Source of the DNA: Halosimplex marinum | GTDB taxonomy: Archaea > Halobacteriota > Halobacteria > Halobacteriales > Haloarculaceae | Reading direction: 5' to 3' | Assembly: GCF_051414075.1 (NCBI RefSeq) | Contig: NZ_JBLKNY010000007.1 | Span: 12,706-52,705, forward strand | Length of the DNA stretch: 40,000 nt | Shown: in pieces, positions 1 to 8,436 of the stretch | Layout of the letters: every line of letters begins with the position of its first letter | Position numbering within the stretch: position 1 is the stretch's first letter | Program-made: the position numbers and the translations under genes | Notes under the pieces: model-generated | What the model was told of the DNA's origin: nothing | The model's database searches: none | The model's input: only the letters and a program-made list of their open reading frames with translations

Positions 1-401
1 GCGGGCGCGCGGACCGACCCGCCGGTGTCCGTCCCGAGGGCCATGTCGGCGTCGCCGGCGGCGACGACCGCGGCCGACCCGCCGGAGGAGCCGCCGGGGA
101 CGTGCCCCTCGGCGACCGGGTTCTCGGTGGGGCCGAACGCCGAGGTCTCGGTGGTCGTGCCCATTCCGAACTCGTCCATGTTGGTCTTGCCGGGGATGGT
201 CGCGCCGGCCTCCTTCAGGCGCTCGACGACCGTCGCGTCGAACGGGGGGACGTAGTCGTCGAGCATCGCCGACCCGCAGGTCGTGCGGACGCCCTCGGTG
301 GAGATGTTGTCCTTGACGGCGATCGTCTTGCCGGCGAGGGGGCCGTCCGATGCGCCGTCGATCCGCTCCGTCGTGATGTAACCGTTGTACTCCGTGCTCA
401 T
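1..401 (-). CDS. gatA: Glu-tRNA(Gln)/Asp-tRNA(Asn) amidotransferase subunit A, N-terminal part (gene runs off the left edge)
   Basis: Own translation of the minus strand from ATG 401..399: [95 protein letters not shown]...[12 protein letters not shown]...[11 protein letters not shown]. This carries the amidase signature. It is absent from the ORF track because there is no stop in the window. It starts 26 bp downstream of gatC. Confidence 0.9.
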   Translation of the reverse strand, partial: MSTEYNGYITTERIDGASDGPLAGKTIAVKDNISTEGVRTTCGSAMLDDYVPPFDATVVERLKEAGATIPGKTNMDEFGMGTTTETSAFGPTENPVAEGHVPGGSSGGSAAVVAAGDADMALGTDTGGSVRAP

Positions 402-427
402 GTGTAACTATCGCTGGCGGTCGGTCC

Positions 428-712
428 TCACGAGACGTTCGGGCCCTTGAAGTAGCCGTCCTCGGACTCGGGCGCGTTGTCCAGCGCCTCCTCCTGGGAG
501 AGGGAGTCGCGCACCTCGTCGGGCCGCATGACGTTCGCCAGTTCCTCCTCCTCGTCGACCTCGGGCACCTCGTCCAGCGTCTCGAAGTACTCGAGGATGT
601 CGGCGAACTTCTCGGTGAAGCGGTCGACCTCCTCGTCGTCGAGGTCGATGCGCGCGAGATCCGCGACGTGGCGCACCTCCTCCGGCTCGACCACGTTCTC
701 CGTGTCGCTCAT
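428..712 (-). CDS. gatC: Glu/Asp-tRNA amidotransferase subunit C
   Basis: 94 aa from the internal ATG (712..710) of tracked ORF 428..955: MSDTENVVEPEEVRHVADLARIDLDDEEVDRFTEKFADILEYFETLDEVPE...GYFKGPNVS. This is typical GatC. The 81 upstream codons are Arg/Pro/Gly-rich and were rejected. Confidence 0.9.
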   Translation of the reverse strand: MSDTENVVEPEEVRHVADLARIDLDDEEVDRFTEKFADILEYFETLDEVPEVDEEEELANVMRPDEVRDSLSQEEALDNAPESEDGYFKGPNVS

Positions 713-1080
713 GGCCGACGCGAGGCGTGGCCCGGCGGTAAGGGTTTCGATGCCCGCCCCGGCCGGCCGCGCGCGAGCGGAACCCGGCCGCCCCGCGACC
801 GCCGTCCGCACCGATCCAGCCGGCCGAACCGTCGCGCGCGCCGGCGCCGGAATCCGGCGCCGATCCCCGTTCGGCGCCCCGCTGACCGTCGAATACCCGT
901 TTTCGGCGCCCGTCCCCGGTCGCCGACCGCTGCCCCCGATCCAGCCGCTATCCACTCCTTTCAGGCCGTGTACGGCCCGAAAACGGGGACCTCATCCGAC
1001 CGTATTCGGCACACAGCGACGCTCGGATCGACAGATTAAGTATGGTCGAGTTCGGACGCGTGATCTTGGCCCGATTTCGG

Positions 1081-1093
1081 GAAAGATTTAAGT
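1081..1093 (+). promoter_or_regulatory. TATA-like element upstream of tfb
   Basis: gaaagatttaagt is the only AT-rich patch in an otherwise GC-rich spacer, about 75 nt upstream of the tfb ATG. A second patch, cagattaagtatgg, lies near 1033. Confidence 0.3.
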
Positions 1094-1162
1094 CGCCTGC
1101 CCCCCAACACATAATCCGGTGAGACGGTTTTGGCGGGGCTCGCCCCGCAGAGTTTGCAACCA

Positions 1163-2137
1163 ATGACCGACACCACTATCAGACGCCACACGAGCGAGCG
1201 CGAAGAGGCCCGCGAGCGAGACGAGGAGGAGTCGGAGGACCTCGTCTGTCCGGAGTGTGGGGGGAACCTCGCGTCGGACGCCGAGCACGGCGAGACGGTC
1301 TGCGAGGACTGCGGCCTGGTCGTCGAGGAGGACGAGATCGACCCCGGTCCGGAGTGGCGCGCGTTCGACGCCGCCGAGAAGGACGAGAAGTCCCGGGTCG
1401 GCGCGCCGACGACGAACATGATGCACGACAAGGGCCTCTCGACGAACATCGGCTGGCAGGACAAGGACGCCTACGGCAACTCCCTGTCCTCGCGCCAGCG
1501 CGAGAAGATGCAGCGGCTGCGCACCTGGAACGAGCGGTTCCGCACCCGCGACTCCAAGGAGCGCAACCTCAAGCAGGCGCTCGGCGAGATCGACCGCATG
1601 GCTTCGGCGCTGGGCCTGCCCGAGAACGTCCGCGAGACGGCCAGCGTCATCTACCGCCGCGCGCTCGACGAGGACCTGCTCCCGGGTCGCTCCATCGAGG
1701 GCGTCGCCACGTCGGCGCTGTACGCCGCCGCCCGGCAGGCCGGCACGCCGCGCAGCCTCGACGAGATCGCCGCGGTCTCCCGGGTCGACAAGGACGAGAT
1801 CGCCCGCACCTACCGCTACGTCGTCCGCGAGCTCTCGCTGGAGATCCAGCCCGCCGACCCCGAGAGCTACGTGCCCCGGTTCGTCTCCGACCTCGACCTC
1901 CCCGACGAGGTCGAGCGACGCGCGCGTCAGCTACTGAACACGGCCAAAGAGCAGGGCGTCCACTCCGGGAAGTCCCCGGTCGGCCTGGCCGCCGCGGCCG
2001 TCTACGCCGCTTCGCTGCTCGCCAACGAGAAGGTCACCCAGTCGGAGGTCAGCGAGGTCGCCAACATCTCCGAGGTCACCATCCGCAACCGCTACCACGA
2101 ACTCCTCGAAGCCGAAGAGGAGTTCACCGCCCCCTGA
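1163..2137 (+). CDS. tfb: Transcription initiation factor IIB (TFB)
   Basis: ATG at 1163 inside ORF 1130..2137 (1130 is TTG). It has an N-terminal Zn ribbon, CPECGG...CEDCG, followed by two cyclin-like repeats (RNLKQALGEIDRMASALGLPENVRETASVIYRRAL; ...PESYVPRFVSDLDLPDEVERRARQLL). Confidence 0.95.
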   Translation: MTDTTIRRHTSEREEARERDEEESEDLVCPECGGNLASDAEHGETVCEDCGLVVEEDEIDPGPEWRAFDAAEKDEKSRVGAPTTNMMHDKGLSTNIGWQDKDAYGNSLSSRQREKMQRLRTWNERFRTRDSKERNLKQALGEIDRMASALGLPENVRETASVIYRRALDEDLLPGRSIEGVATSALYAAARQAGTPRSLDEIAAVSRVDKDEIARTYRYVVRELSLEIQPADPESYVPRFVSDLDLPDEVERRARQLLNTAKEQGVHSGKSPVGLAAAAVYAASLLANEKVTQSEVSEVANISEVTIRNRYHELLEAEEEFTAP

Positions 2138-2199
2138 GGACGGTTTCTCGCGCCGGCAGTTTTCCCAAAGCCGAAGCCCCGCGTAGCCCTGGGGCCGCC

Positions 2200-2667
2200 A
2201 TGGAGACGACCCGACACTACACGGCGACCGCCTACGTCGTCAGCGACGGCGCCGTCGCGCTGCACGAACACGACGGGCTCGGCAAGTGGCTCCCGCCAGG
2301 CGGCCACGTCGACCGCGACGAACTCCCCCACGAGGCGGGCCTCCGGGAGGTCCGCGAGGAGACCGGCATCGACGCCGACCTCGTCGCCGAGCGCGACGAC
2401 ATCGGCTCGCCGACCGTCGAGGCGCTCCCCAAACCGCGGCACTTCCAGCTGGCCGACGTGAACGTCCACGGCGAGTTCGTCGGCCACCAGCACGTCGACC
2501 TGGTCTACTACGCCCGCGCCGATACCCGGGCGATCGACCCCGCCGACGGCGAGCAGCCCGCCGACGCGTGGCGCTGGTTCACCGCTGACGACCTCGCAGA
2601 AACCGACGCCCTCGACCCGGACGTGGCCGAGATCGGTCGGCGCGCGATCGAGACGGTCGCCGACTGA
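2200..2667 (+). CDS. NUDIX hydrolase
   Basis: METTRHYTATAYVV... from ATG 2200 in the frame of ORF 1255..2667. NUDIX box: GGHVDRDELPHEAGLREVREETGI. Confidence 0.85.
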   Translation: METTRHYTATAYVVSDGAVALHEHDGLGKWLPPGGHVDRDELPHEAGLREVREETGIDADLVAERDDIGSPTVEALPKPRHFQLADVNVHGEFVGHQHVDLVYYARADTRAIDPADGEQPADAWRWFTADDLAETDALDPDVAEIGRRAIETVAD

Positions 2668-2722
2668 GCGCGCCCCGCTCGCGGTTGGCCGGCCCGCCCC
2701 GCTGTGCGGTCCCCCGAGGCCG

Positions 2723-3271
2723 TCACTCGACGATGTCGATCCGCTCCCGGGCGAGTCGGGTCTCCGACTCGGTGTGGCGGAGCGTGACAACGACGGTCCC
2801 GCCGGGTTCGAGGTCGACGCGCCGCTGCTCGATCCGGAAGGCGATCTCGTCACCCGCTTCGAGGGTCGCGTCGCTCCCGTTCGGGACGGCGACGGCGCCG
2901 TCGACCCCGGAGCGACCCCTGGTGAAGATGTGGTTGCCGGTGTAGTCGTCCTGGGTGAGCCGCCGGGTCGGGAGCCCGTGCAACGTTGCCCGTTTGTCGT
3001 TTGCCGGCAGGCGCACGACCACGTCCACGTCGGCCACGTCGACGGTGTCGCCGCTCTCGTGTTCGATCCGGACCCACCCGCTATTGGGTCCTGTCGCGTG
3101 GACCGACTCGGAGGTCGTCGAGAGGATCGGCCCCCCGTCCTGCAGCGAGTCGCCGGACTGCATCAGCAGTCCCCCCGCGACGCCGATCATCAACACCGTG
3201 AGGCCGAACCCGAGCGCGGCCATCCCCTCCTGGGAGATGGCGCGGTCGGCGGCCCCGAATGGTCCCCTCAT
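2723..3271 (-). CDS. Archaeal type IV pilin-like (DUF1628-like) secreted/membrane protein
   Basis: The N-terminus ...DRAISQEGMAALGFGLTVLMIGVAGGLL resembles a class III signal peptide plus hydrophobic helix. The segment WVRIEHESGDTVDVADVDVVV resembles the conserved beta-domain of DUF1628 pilins. Third-position GC is high. Confidence 0.55.
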   Translation of the reverse strand: MRGPFGAADRAISQEGMAALGFGLTVLMIGVAGGLLMQSGDSLQDGGPILSTTSESVHATGPNSGWVRIEHESGDTVDVADVDVVVRLPANDKRATLHGLPTRRLTQDDYTGNHIFTRGRSGVDGAVAVPNGSDATLEAGDEIAFRIEQRRVDLEPGGTVVVTLRHTESETRLARERIDIVE

Positions 3272-3363
3272 CGCCGGTTCGTCCCGTCGCTACCGCGGCG
3301 ACCGTCTTAGCTCCTGTCGTTACTCAGATTACAGCTTCGACCGCCGGCGAGCCCGGGAACGGT

Positions 3364-4512
3364 TCAGCGCAGCGAGTCGACGTACCGCTCCACGTGGTCG
3401 TCCATCCGCCGCTTGAACCCGGCCTGGCGGGCCAGCCGGTCGAGCTCCCGCGAGACGAGGCTGCCGTACTGGACGGCCTTCTTCTCCCGGAAGGCCACCG
3501 GGTCGGGGACCCACTCGCGGACGGCGAGCCGCAGCGCCCACTTGCGCTCGCCGCGGGCGGTCACGAGCAGTTCCCCGGGCAGATCCAGTGCCGCGGCGAC
3601 CACCCGGTCGGAGAGCAACGGCGCGACGGGCTCGACCCCCGCCGCACGGAGCGCCAGCACGTCCCGCTCTAGCTGGTCGGGGAGCGTCCCGACGACCTCG
3701 CGGCGCGCCCCGCGGACGGTGTCGGCCGCGACCCGTTCGTCCTCCGGTGCGCGGGCCACCTTCGCGTACCCGCCGAACAGCTCGTCGGCCCCCTGTCCGA
3801 CCGCGAGCCGATCGAACCCGTCCGCGGCGGCCCGCTTGGCAACCAGATACAGCGGGAGCGCGATGCTCACGGCCATCGCGTCGGTCCGCCCGGTCGCCGC
3901 CGCGACTTCGGGGACCGCCCGTTCGATGTCGCCGTGGGTCAACTCGACGACCCGGAGCTCGCGGTCGAGCTTCGCGGCGGCGGTCCGGGCCGCGTCCACG
4001 TCGTGGCTGTCGGGGAAGCCGGCGACGTACAGCGGGGCGTCGAGCCGTGCTGCGAGCGCCGCCGAGTCGACGCCGCCGGAGAAGGCGACCGCCAGCCCCT
4101 CAGTCGGGACCTCGTCGATCGCCCCCCGAACGGCCTCGCGGACCGCCCGCACGGCCGCCCGCTCGTCGGTCGCCGGGTCTGGGTCCGGCAGCCTCCAGAC
4201 CCGCTCGTCGCCCTCACTGTCGCGGGCGTGGCCGGCCGGGACCGGGTCGGGGTCGGACAGCGCCGCGGGGTCGAAACTCCACGTGTCGTGGTCGTCGGCC
4301 TCGGTGAAGACGGGCTGGCGACCGAGGGCGTCCCGGACGAGCCTGCCGTCCACGGCGCCGGCGAACCCGGCGGTCCCAGGGAGCGGGTCGCCGTCGGCCA
4401 GCGCTCCCCGAACCGTCGCCGGCGAGGCGCCGCGGAGGTGGACCTCGTCGATGTCGCGGCGAGCGTTCGTGCGGGCGCTTCCCGGCGCCTCGGCGTCGGC
4501 CCGGTCGCTCAT
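3364..4512 (-). CDS. Asparagine-synthase-like PP-loop ATP pyrophosphatase (no N-terminal glutaminase nucleophile)
   Basis: PP-loop LAVAFSGGVDSAALAA and GQGADELFGGY are typical of the AsnB C-terminal domain. The N-terminus is MSDRADAE..., with no Cys2. The start overlaps the PHP gene stop (ATGA at 4509..4512). Confidence 0.8.
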   Translation of the reverse strand: MSDRADAEAPGSARTNARRDIDEVHLRGASPATVRGALADGDPLPGTAGFAGAVDGRLVRDALGRQPVFTEADDHDTWSFDPAALSDPDPVPAGHARDSEGDERVWRLPDPDPATDERAAVRAVREAVRGAIDEVPTEGLAVAFSGGVDSAALAARLDAPLYVAGFPDSHDVDAARTAAAKLDRELRVVELTHGDIERAVPEVAAATGRTDAMAVSIALPLYLVAKRAAADGFDRLAVGQGADELFGGYAKVARAPEDERVAADTVRGARREVVGTLPDQLERDVLALRAAGVEPVAPLLSDRVVAAALDLPGELLVTARGERKWALRLAVREWVPDPVAFREKKAVQYGSLVSRELDRLARQAGFKRRMDDHVERYVDSLR

Positions 4513-5195
4513 GGGAGCAGTCGGTCGAGCGCGAGGCGGACGCGCCGGCGGGTGTTCCCGACGGCCTGGCGCGCGCTGACCAGCCAGGGGGTCCGCCGCG
4601 TCTGCAGCGTCGTCCGGCCGTCGACGACCGCCTCGCAGATGGCGTCGGCCGTCGGCTCCTCGGCGTCGACCAGCGTCACCGCGCGGCCGACCATGTCGCT
4701 GACGTGGGCGTCGCTGCCGGCGGTGATCGGGAGGTCGTAGCGCTCGGCGAACCGGCGGGCCTGCCGGTTGGAGTAGCCGGTCACCAGCCGGGAGTTGTAC
4801 ACCTCGACCGCGTCGGCCTCGCGGAGTTCGGACTTCTCGATGTTCGCGAGGACGCCGCTGCGCATCTCCTGGAAGGGGTGGGGGACGACGGCGATCCCGC
4901 CCCGGTCGCGGATCCGGGCGAGCGTCTCGGCGAACGACAGGCCCGGCTCGACCGCTCCGTCGACGTTCAGCCCGAGGACGTGGCCGGCGGCGCTGGAGAC
5001 CTCGATCCCGGGGATGCCGACGAGGCCGTACTCCGGGGCCCGTTCGAGCAGTTCCGCGTTGGCGCCGACCTCGTCGTGGTCGGTGACCGCGAGCGCGTCG
5101 AGCCCGACCGCGGCCGCCCGCTCCAGCAGCATCTCGACGGAGTCGCGGCCGTCGTAGGAGGCCGCCGAGTGGGCGTGGAGTTCGACCGAGAGCAC
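4509..5195 (-). CDS. PHP-domain metal-dependent phosphoesterase
   Basis: 228 aa from GTG 5195 (VLSVELHAHSAASYDGRDS...AGSDAH...), showing PHP HxH and SDAH motifs. The longer tracked ORF (to 5690) has an Arg/Ser-rich extension overlapping the next gene and was rejected. Confidence 0.8.
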   Translation of the reverse strand: MLSVELHAHSAASYDGRDSVEMLLERAAAVGLDALAVTDHDEVGANAELLERAPEYGLVGIPGIEVSSAAGHVLGLNVDGAVEPGLSFAETLARIRDRGGIAVVPHPFQEMRSGVLANIEKSELREADAVEVYNSRLVTGYSNRQARRFAERYDLPITAGSDAHVSDMVGRAVTLVDAEEPTADAICEAVVDGRTTLQTRRTPWLVSARQAVGNTRRRVRLALDRLLP

Positions 5196-5277
5196 GGCCG
5201 ACCGTTGCGCGGGCCCCGGCAAAAGCGACTCGGTCCCGGCCACGCCCCCGGCCGGCCGCTCGCCCCGGTTTCGGCGT

Positions 5278-5736
5278 TCAGCGGTCGAGGGCCCACCGAA
5301 CGGCGGTTCCGACGCCGAACCCGAAGACACCGAGCGCCAGGACGACCGGCGCCCAGAAGACCGCCGCGCCCGACCCCTCGAACGACCCCGGGAGCGCGAC
5401 CACCGCGTTCGGCGTGAACAGCGAGAAGTACGCGATCCGGCCCGCGACGGGCGCGGCGGCCAGCGACAGGCTACCCGCGAGCCCGCCCCGTCGGGAGGCG
5501 GCGACCGCCGACAGGACCGGACCGGCGACCGTCGCCGCGGCCAGCACCGCCGCCACGAGTGCGGACGCGGCGCCCGGGACGACCCCGTTCGCCGCGAGCG
5601 CCTGGAGCCCCAGAGCGAGGCCGAACAGGCCCGCGGCGGTCGCGAGCGCGCGGGCCGCGGTCGACCGTTCCCCAGCGAGCGCGTCCGCAACCGTGTTTGG
5701 GAGCGGTTCGGTCATCGCCCGGTCGCTCCCCGCCAT
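5278..5736 (-). CDS. Hypothetical integral membrane protein
   Basis: 152 aa, Ala/Gly/Leu/Val-rich, with about 4 hydrophobic segments. ATG 5736 lies 3 nt after the deacetylase stop; an alternative ATG is at 5715. No family recognised. Confidence 0.55.
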   Translation of the reverse strand: MAGSDRAMTEPLPNTVADALAGERSTAARALATAAGLFGLALGLQALAANGVVPGAASALVAAVLAAATVAGPVLSAVAASRRGGLAGSLSLAAAPVAGRIAYFSLFTPNAVVALPGSFEGSGAAVFWAPVVLALGVFGFGVGTAVRWALDR

Positions 5737-5739
5737 CAG

Positions 5740-6432
5740 TCAGTAGTCCTCCGCCATCCGTCGCTCACTCGCGTCGGCGCCGTCGACCAGTTCCAGCGGG
5801 TCGCCGAAGTCGACGCCCCGGTCGTCGAGCAGGTGCAGGTAGTGTTCGAACTGCTCGGGGGAGTTGCCGCCGTCGTGGAACAGGAGGATGTCCCGCGAGT
5901 CCGATCCGAGACGGTCTGCGGCGTCGGCGACGTTCTCGGCCAGCCCCTCCTTCGTGTCGACGTTGTAGTCCGCCACGTCGACCGTCCAAAACCAGTCGCG
6001 GTCGCCCGCGTGGTCGCTCCAGAAGTCGTAGTCGATCAGATCGGCCTCGGGCGGGCGGAAGCCCCGCTCGGCGAGCACGGTTTGAAACTCCGCCGCGCGG
6101 TCGCCGCCCTTGTCGCCGAAGGGGAACCGGAACAGCTTCGCCGGCCGCTCGACCCCCGCGTCGGCGTACACCTCGTCGATGGCCGCCTCGGTCCGGTCGA
6201 CCTCCTCTGCGAAGTCCTCGACCGCGATGTCGGAGGCGTGGTTGTGGTCGCGGGCGTGGTTGCCCAGCAGATGCCCCGCCTCGACGGCCGCCCGGGCCTG
6301 GTCGGCGTGGTCGGCCAGGCGCCGGCCCTCGCAGAAGAACAGGGCCCGCACGCCGTAGTCGTCGAGGGCGGCGAGCTTCTCCGGGAGCGTCGCGGAGGGG
6401 GCGTCGTCGACCGTGAGGTACGCTGTCGCCAT
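5740..6432 (-). CDS. Polysaccharide deacetylase (NodB-homology) family protein
   Basis: 230 aa from ATG 6432 within tracked ORF 5740..7776: MATAYLTVDDAPS... (TFDD-like motif) and LLGNHARDHNH (HxxxH motif). Confidence 0.8.
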   Translation of the reverse strand: MATAYLTVDDAPSATLPEKLAALDDYGVRALFFCEGRRLADHADQARAAVEAGHLLGNHARDHNHASDIAVEDFAEEVDRTEAAIDEVYADAGVERPAKLFRFPFGDKGGDRAAEFQTVLAERGFRPPEADLIDYDFWSDHAGDRDWFWTVDVADYNVDTKEGLAENVADAADRLGSDSRDILLFHDGGNSPEQFEHYLHLLDDRGVDFGDPLELVDGADASERRMAEDY

Positions 6433-6585
6433 GGCCGTACTGTCTCCCGAGCAGCCACGAAAAACTACCGGGCCGCCTGACCGCCCGGGGCCGTCGGGCG
6501 GTCCCCGGGCCGCCGGACGGTCGCCGGGGTGCCCCACGGAGCACACTCCCCCGTCCTTTTGAGGGACCACGCCCTCTTGGGACCG

Positions 6586-7734
6586 ATGCGAAACTTCACG
6601 GTCGGCTCCGTCTGGGGGATCCCGATCAGGATCAACGTCTCGCTGCTCGTCTTCCTCCCGATCCTCGCGTGGATCATCGGGAGCGGTGCGCAGATCGAGA
6701 CCTACGCCGGACTCGTCAACACGTTCGCTCCGAACCAGTTCGACGTCGCGACGCTCACAGCGGGATCGACGCCGTGGGCAATCGGCGCCGGCGCCGCGGT
6801 CGGGCTGTTCGTCAGCGTCGGCGTCCACGAACTCGGCCACGCGTGGGCGGCCCGGCGCTACGGCATCGGCACGCAGTCGATCACCCTCTGGCTGCTCGGC
6901 GGCATCGCCGCCCTGGAGGAGATGCCCCGCGAGTGGAACCGCGAGTTCTGGATCGCCATCGCCGGGCCGATCACGAGCGTCCTCACCGGCGTGGCCTGCT
7001 ACGCGGTCCTGCTCGCCGTCCCCGCCTCGGCCCCGGTCGTCGGGTTCGTCCTCGGCTGGCTGGTCGTCACCAATATCCTGCTGGCCGTGTTCAACCTCCT
7101 CCCTGCGTTCCCGATGGACGGCGGGCGGATCCTCCGGGCGCTGCTTGCCCGCTCGCGGCCCTACGAGTCGGCGACGACGGCGGCCGCCCGATTCGGTACC
7201 GGCTTCGCCGTGTTGTTCGGCATCCTCGGGGTGCTCAGCTTCGCGCCGATGCTGATCCTGCTCGCCCTGTTCATCTACGGGGCGGCCTCGACGGAGTCGC
7301 GGTCGGTCATGCTCCAGGGCCTGCTCACCGGACTGACGCTGCGGGACGTGGCGCGGCTGGACGGCGAGGCCGTCGACGCCGACGAGTCGGTCGCCGCCTT
7401 CACCGACCGGATGATCCGCGACCGCCGGACCGTCTACCCCGTCGTCGACGCCGGCGAGACGGTCGGCGTGGTCACGCTGGACGCCGTGCGCCGGACGGAC
7501 CCCGACGCCCACGACACCACGCGGATCCGCGAGATCGCGACCACGGATCTGCCGCGGATCCCCGTCGAGTCCGACGCCTTCGAGGCGTTCGTTCGGCTGA
7601 GCGAGCACGCGTCGGGGTACGCCCTGGTCGAGGCCGACGGCGAGGTCGTCGGCCTCGTCACCCCCGAGGACTTCACCCACGTCCTCCAGTTCAGACGGGA
7701 CGGCGTCGAGGTCGGGCCGCGAGAGGCGTTCTGA
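6586..7734 (+). CDS. Site-2 (M50) metalloprotease with C-terminal CBS pair
   Basis: MRNFTVGSVWGIPIRINVS... from ATG 6586. Motifs: HELGH, and NLLPAFPMDGGRIL (NxxPxxxxDG). The C-terminal CBS-like region includes YPVVDAGETVGVVT and YALVEADGEVVGLVT. Confidence 0.9.
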   Translation: MRNFTVGSVWGIPIRINVSLLVFLPILAWIIGSGAQIETYAGLVNTFAPNQFDVATLTAGSTPWAIGAGAAVGLFVSVGVHELGHAWAARRYGIGTQSITLWLLGGIAALEEMPREWNREFWIAIAGPITSVLTGVACYAVLLAVPASAPVVGFVLGWLVVTNILLAVFNLLPAFPMDGGRILRALLARSRPYESATTAAARFGTGFAVLFGILGVLSFAPMLILLALFIYGAASTESRSVMLQGLLTGLTLRDVARLDGEAVDADESVAAFTDRMIRDRRTVYPVVDAGETVGVVTLDAVRRTDPDAHDTTRIREIATTDLPRIPVESDAFEAFVRLSEHASGYALVEADGEVVGLVTPEDFTHVLQFRRDGVEVGPREAF

Positions 7735-7785
7735 GGGGACGGCCGCCAGCCCGTCGTCGATCCGCGAGCGCCCCACCGGCGGCGC

Positions 7786-8322
7786 TCACTCGTCGAGCAG
7801 GTTCTCTTCGATCCCCTGGTTCCCGCCGACGAGCGCCGTCAGTCGCCGCGTGCTCGCGTCGAAGAGGGAGACCACCGGGCCGAGCGCCAGTTCGACCAGC
7901 GTCAGCGGCCGCGCGACCCGCAGGCTCCACGTCCGGGCGTGGCCCAGTCCGTAGGACTTCGGCACGATCTCCCCGAAGACGAGGATGAGCGTGCTCGCTC
8001 CGACGGTTGCGAGGACGACCGCCAGCCCGGGGGAGAACACGTCGGCGACCAGCAGCGTGACGATGCTGGAGATCGCCATGTTGACGACGTTGTTCCCGAC
8101 GAGGATCGTGACCAGCAGCCGGTGGGGGTCCGCGCGGAGGTCCCCGAGCGCGACGCTGTCCGGTGACCCGTCCGCCGCCGTCTCGCGGATCCACTCCTCG
8201 GGCAGCGAGAAGATCGCCGACTCGCTGCTGGAGAAGAAAGCACTCAGCGCGACGAGAGCGACCACCGCGGCGGCCGACGGGACGAGGGACGTGACCATGA
8301 GCGGTTGTCGCCCACCGCTCAT
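7786..8322 (-). CDS. DUF21 (CNNM/CorC-type transmembrane domain)-only protein
   Basis: ...ALSAFFSSSESAIFSL...LLVTILVGNNVVNMAISS...LVFGEIVPKSYG is the DUF21 signature. The protein ends (GIEENLLDE) where CBS/CorC domains normally begin. Start is ATG 8322, or alternatively 8298. Confidence 0.7.
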   Translation of the reverse strand: MSGGRQPLMVTSLVPSAAAVVALVALSAFFSSSESAIFSLPEEWIRETAADGSPDSVALGDLRADPHRLLVTILVGNNVVNMAISSIVTLLVADVFSPGLAVVLATVGASTLILVFGEIVPKSYGLGHARTWSLRVARPLTLVELALGPVVSLFDASTRRLTALVGGNQGIEENLLDE

Positions 8323-8436
8323 TTGAAGACCGGTCCCTCGCTCGGGCGAGCGGGACCGACCGGGTCGGGCGCCGTGGCCGCTCCGCGCGACGGCCTGTGG
8401 AGACGCCAACGGCGCGAAAACGTGGGTGGGCCCGCT

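Noticed and set aside
1255-2667. 470-aa ORF that would fuse an alternative frame of tfb to the NUDIX gene.
   Set aside because: The first 315 codons are an Arg/Pro/Gly-rich overlap of the well-supported tfb frame. The NUDIX protein starts at ATG 2200.
4509-5690. 393-aa version of the PHP gene.
   Set aside because: The N-terminal 165 codons are Arg/Ser/Pro-rich and overlap the membrane-protein ORF 5278..5736 in another frame. The PHP domain begins at VLSVELHAHS (GTG 5195).
5740-7776. 678-aa tracked ORF on the minus strand spanning the deacetylase gene and the antisense of the M50 protease.
   Set aside because: Only the last 230 codons (from ATG 6432) look like a real protein (NodB-type deacetylase). 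The upstream part is Arg/Gly/Asp/Pro-rich and lies antisense to a gene with clear HELGH/CBS motifs. Long open antisense frames are expected in stop-codon-poor GC-rich DNA.
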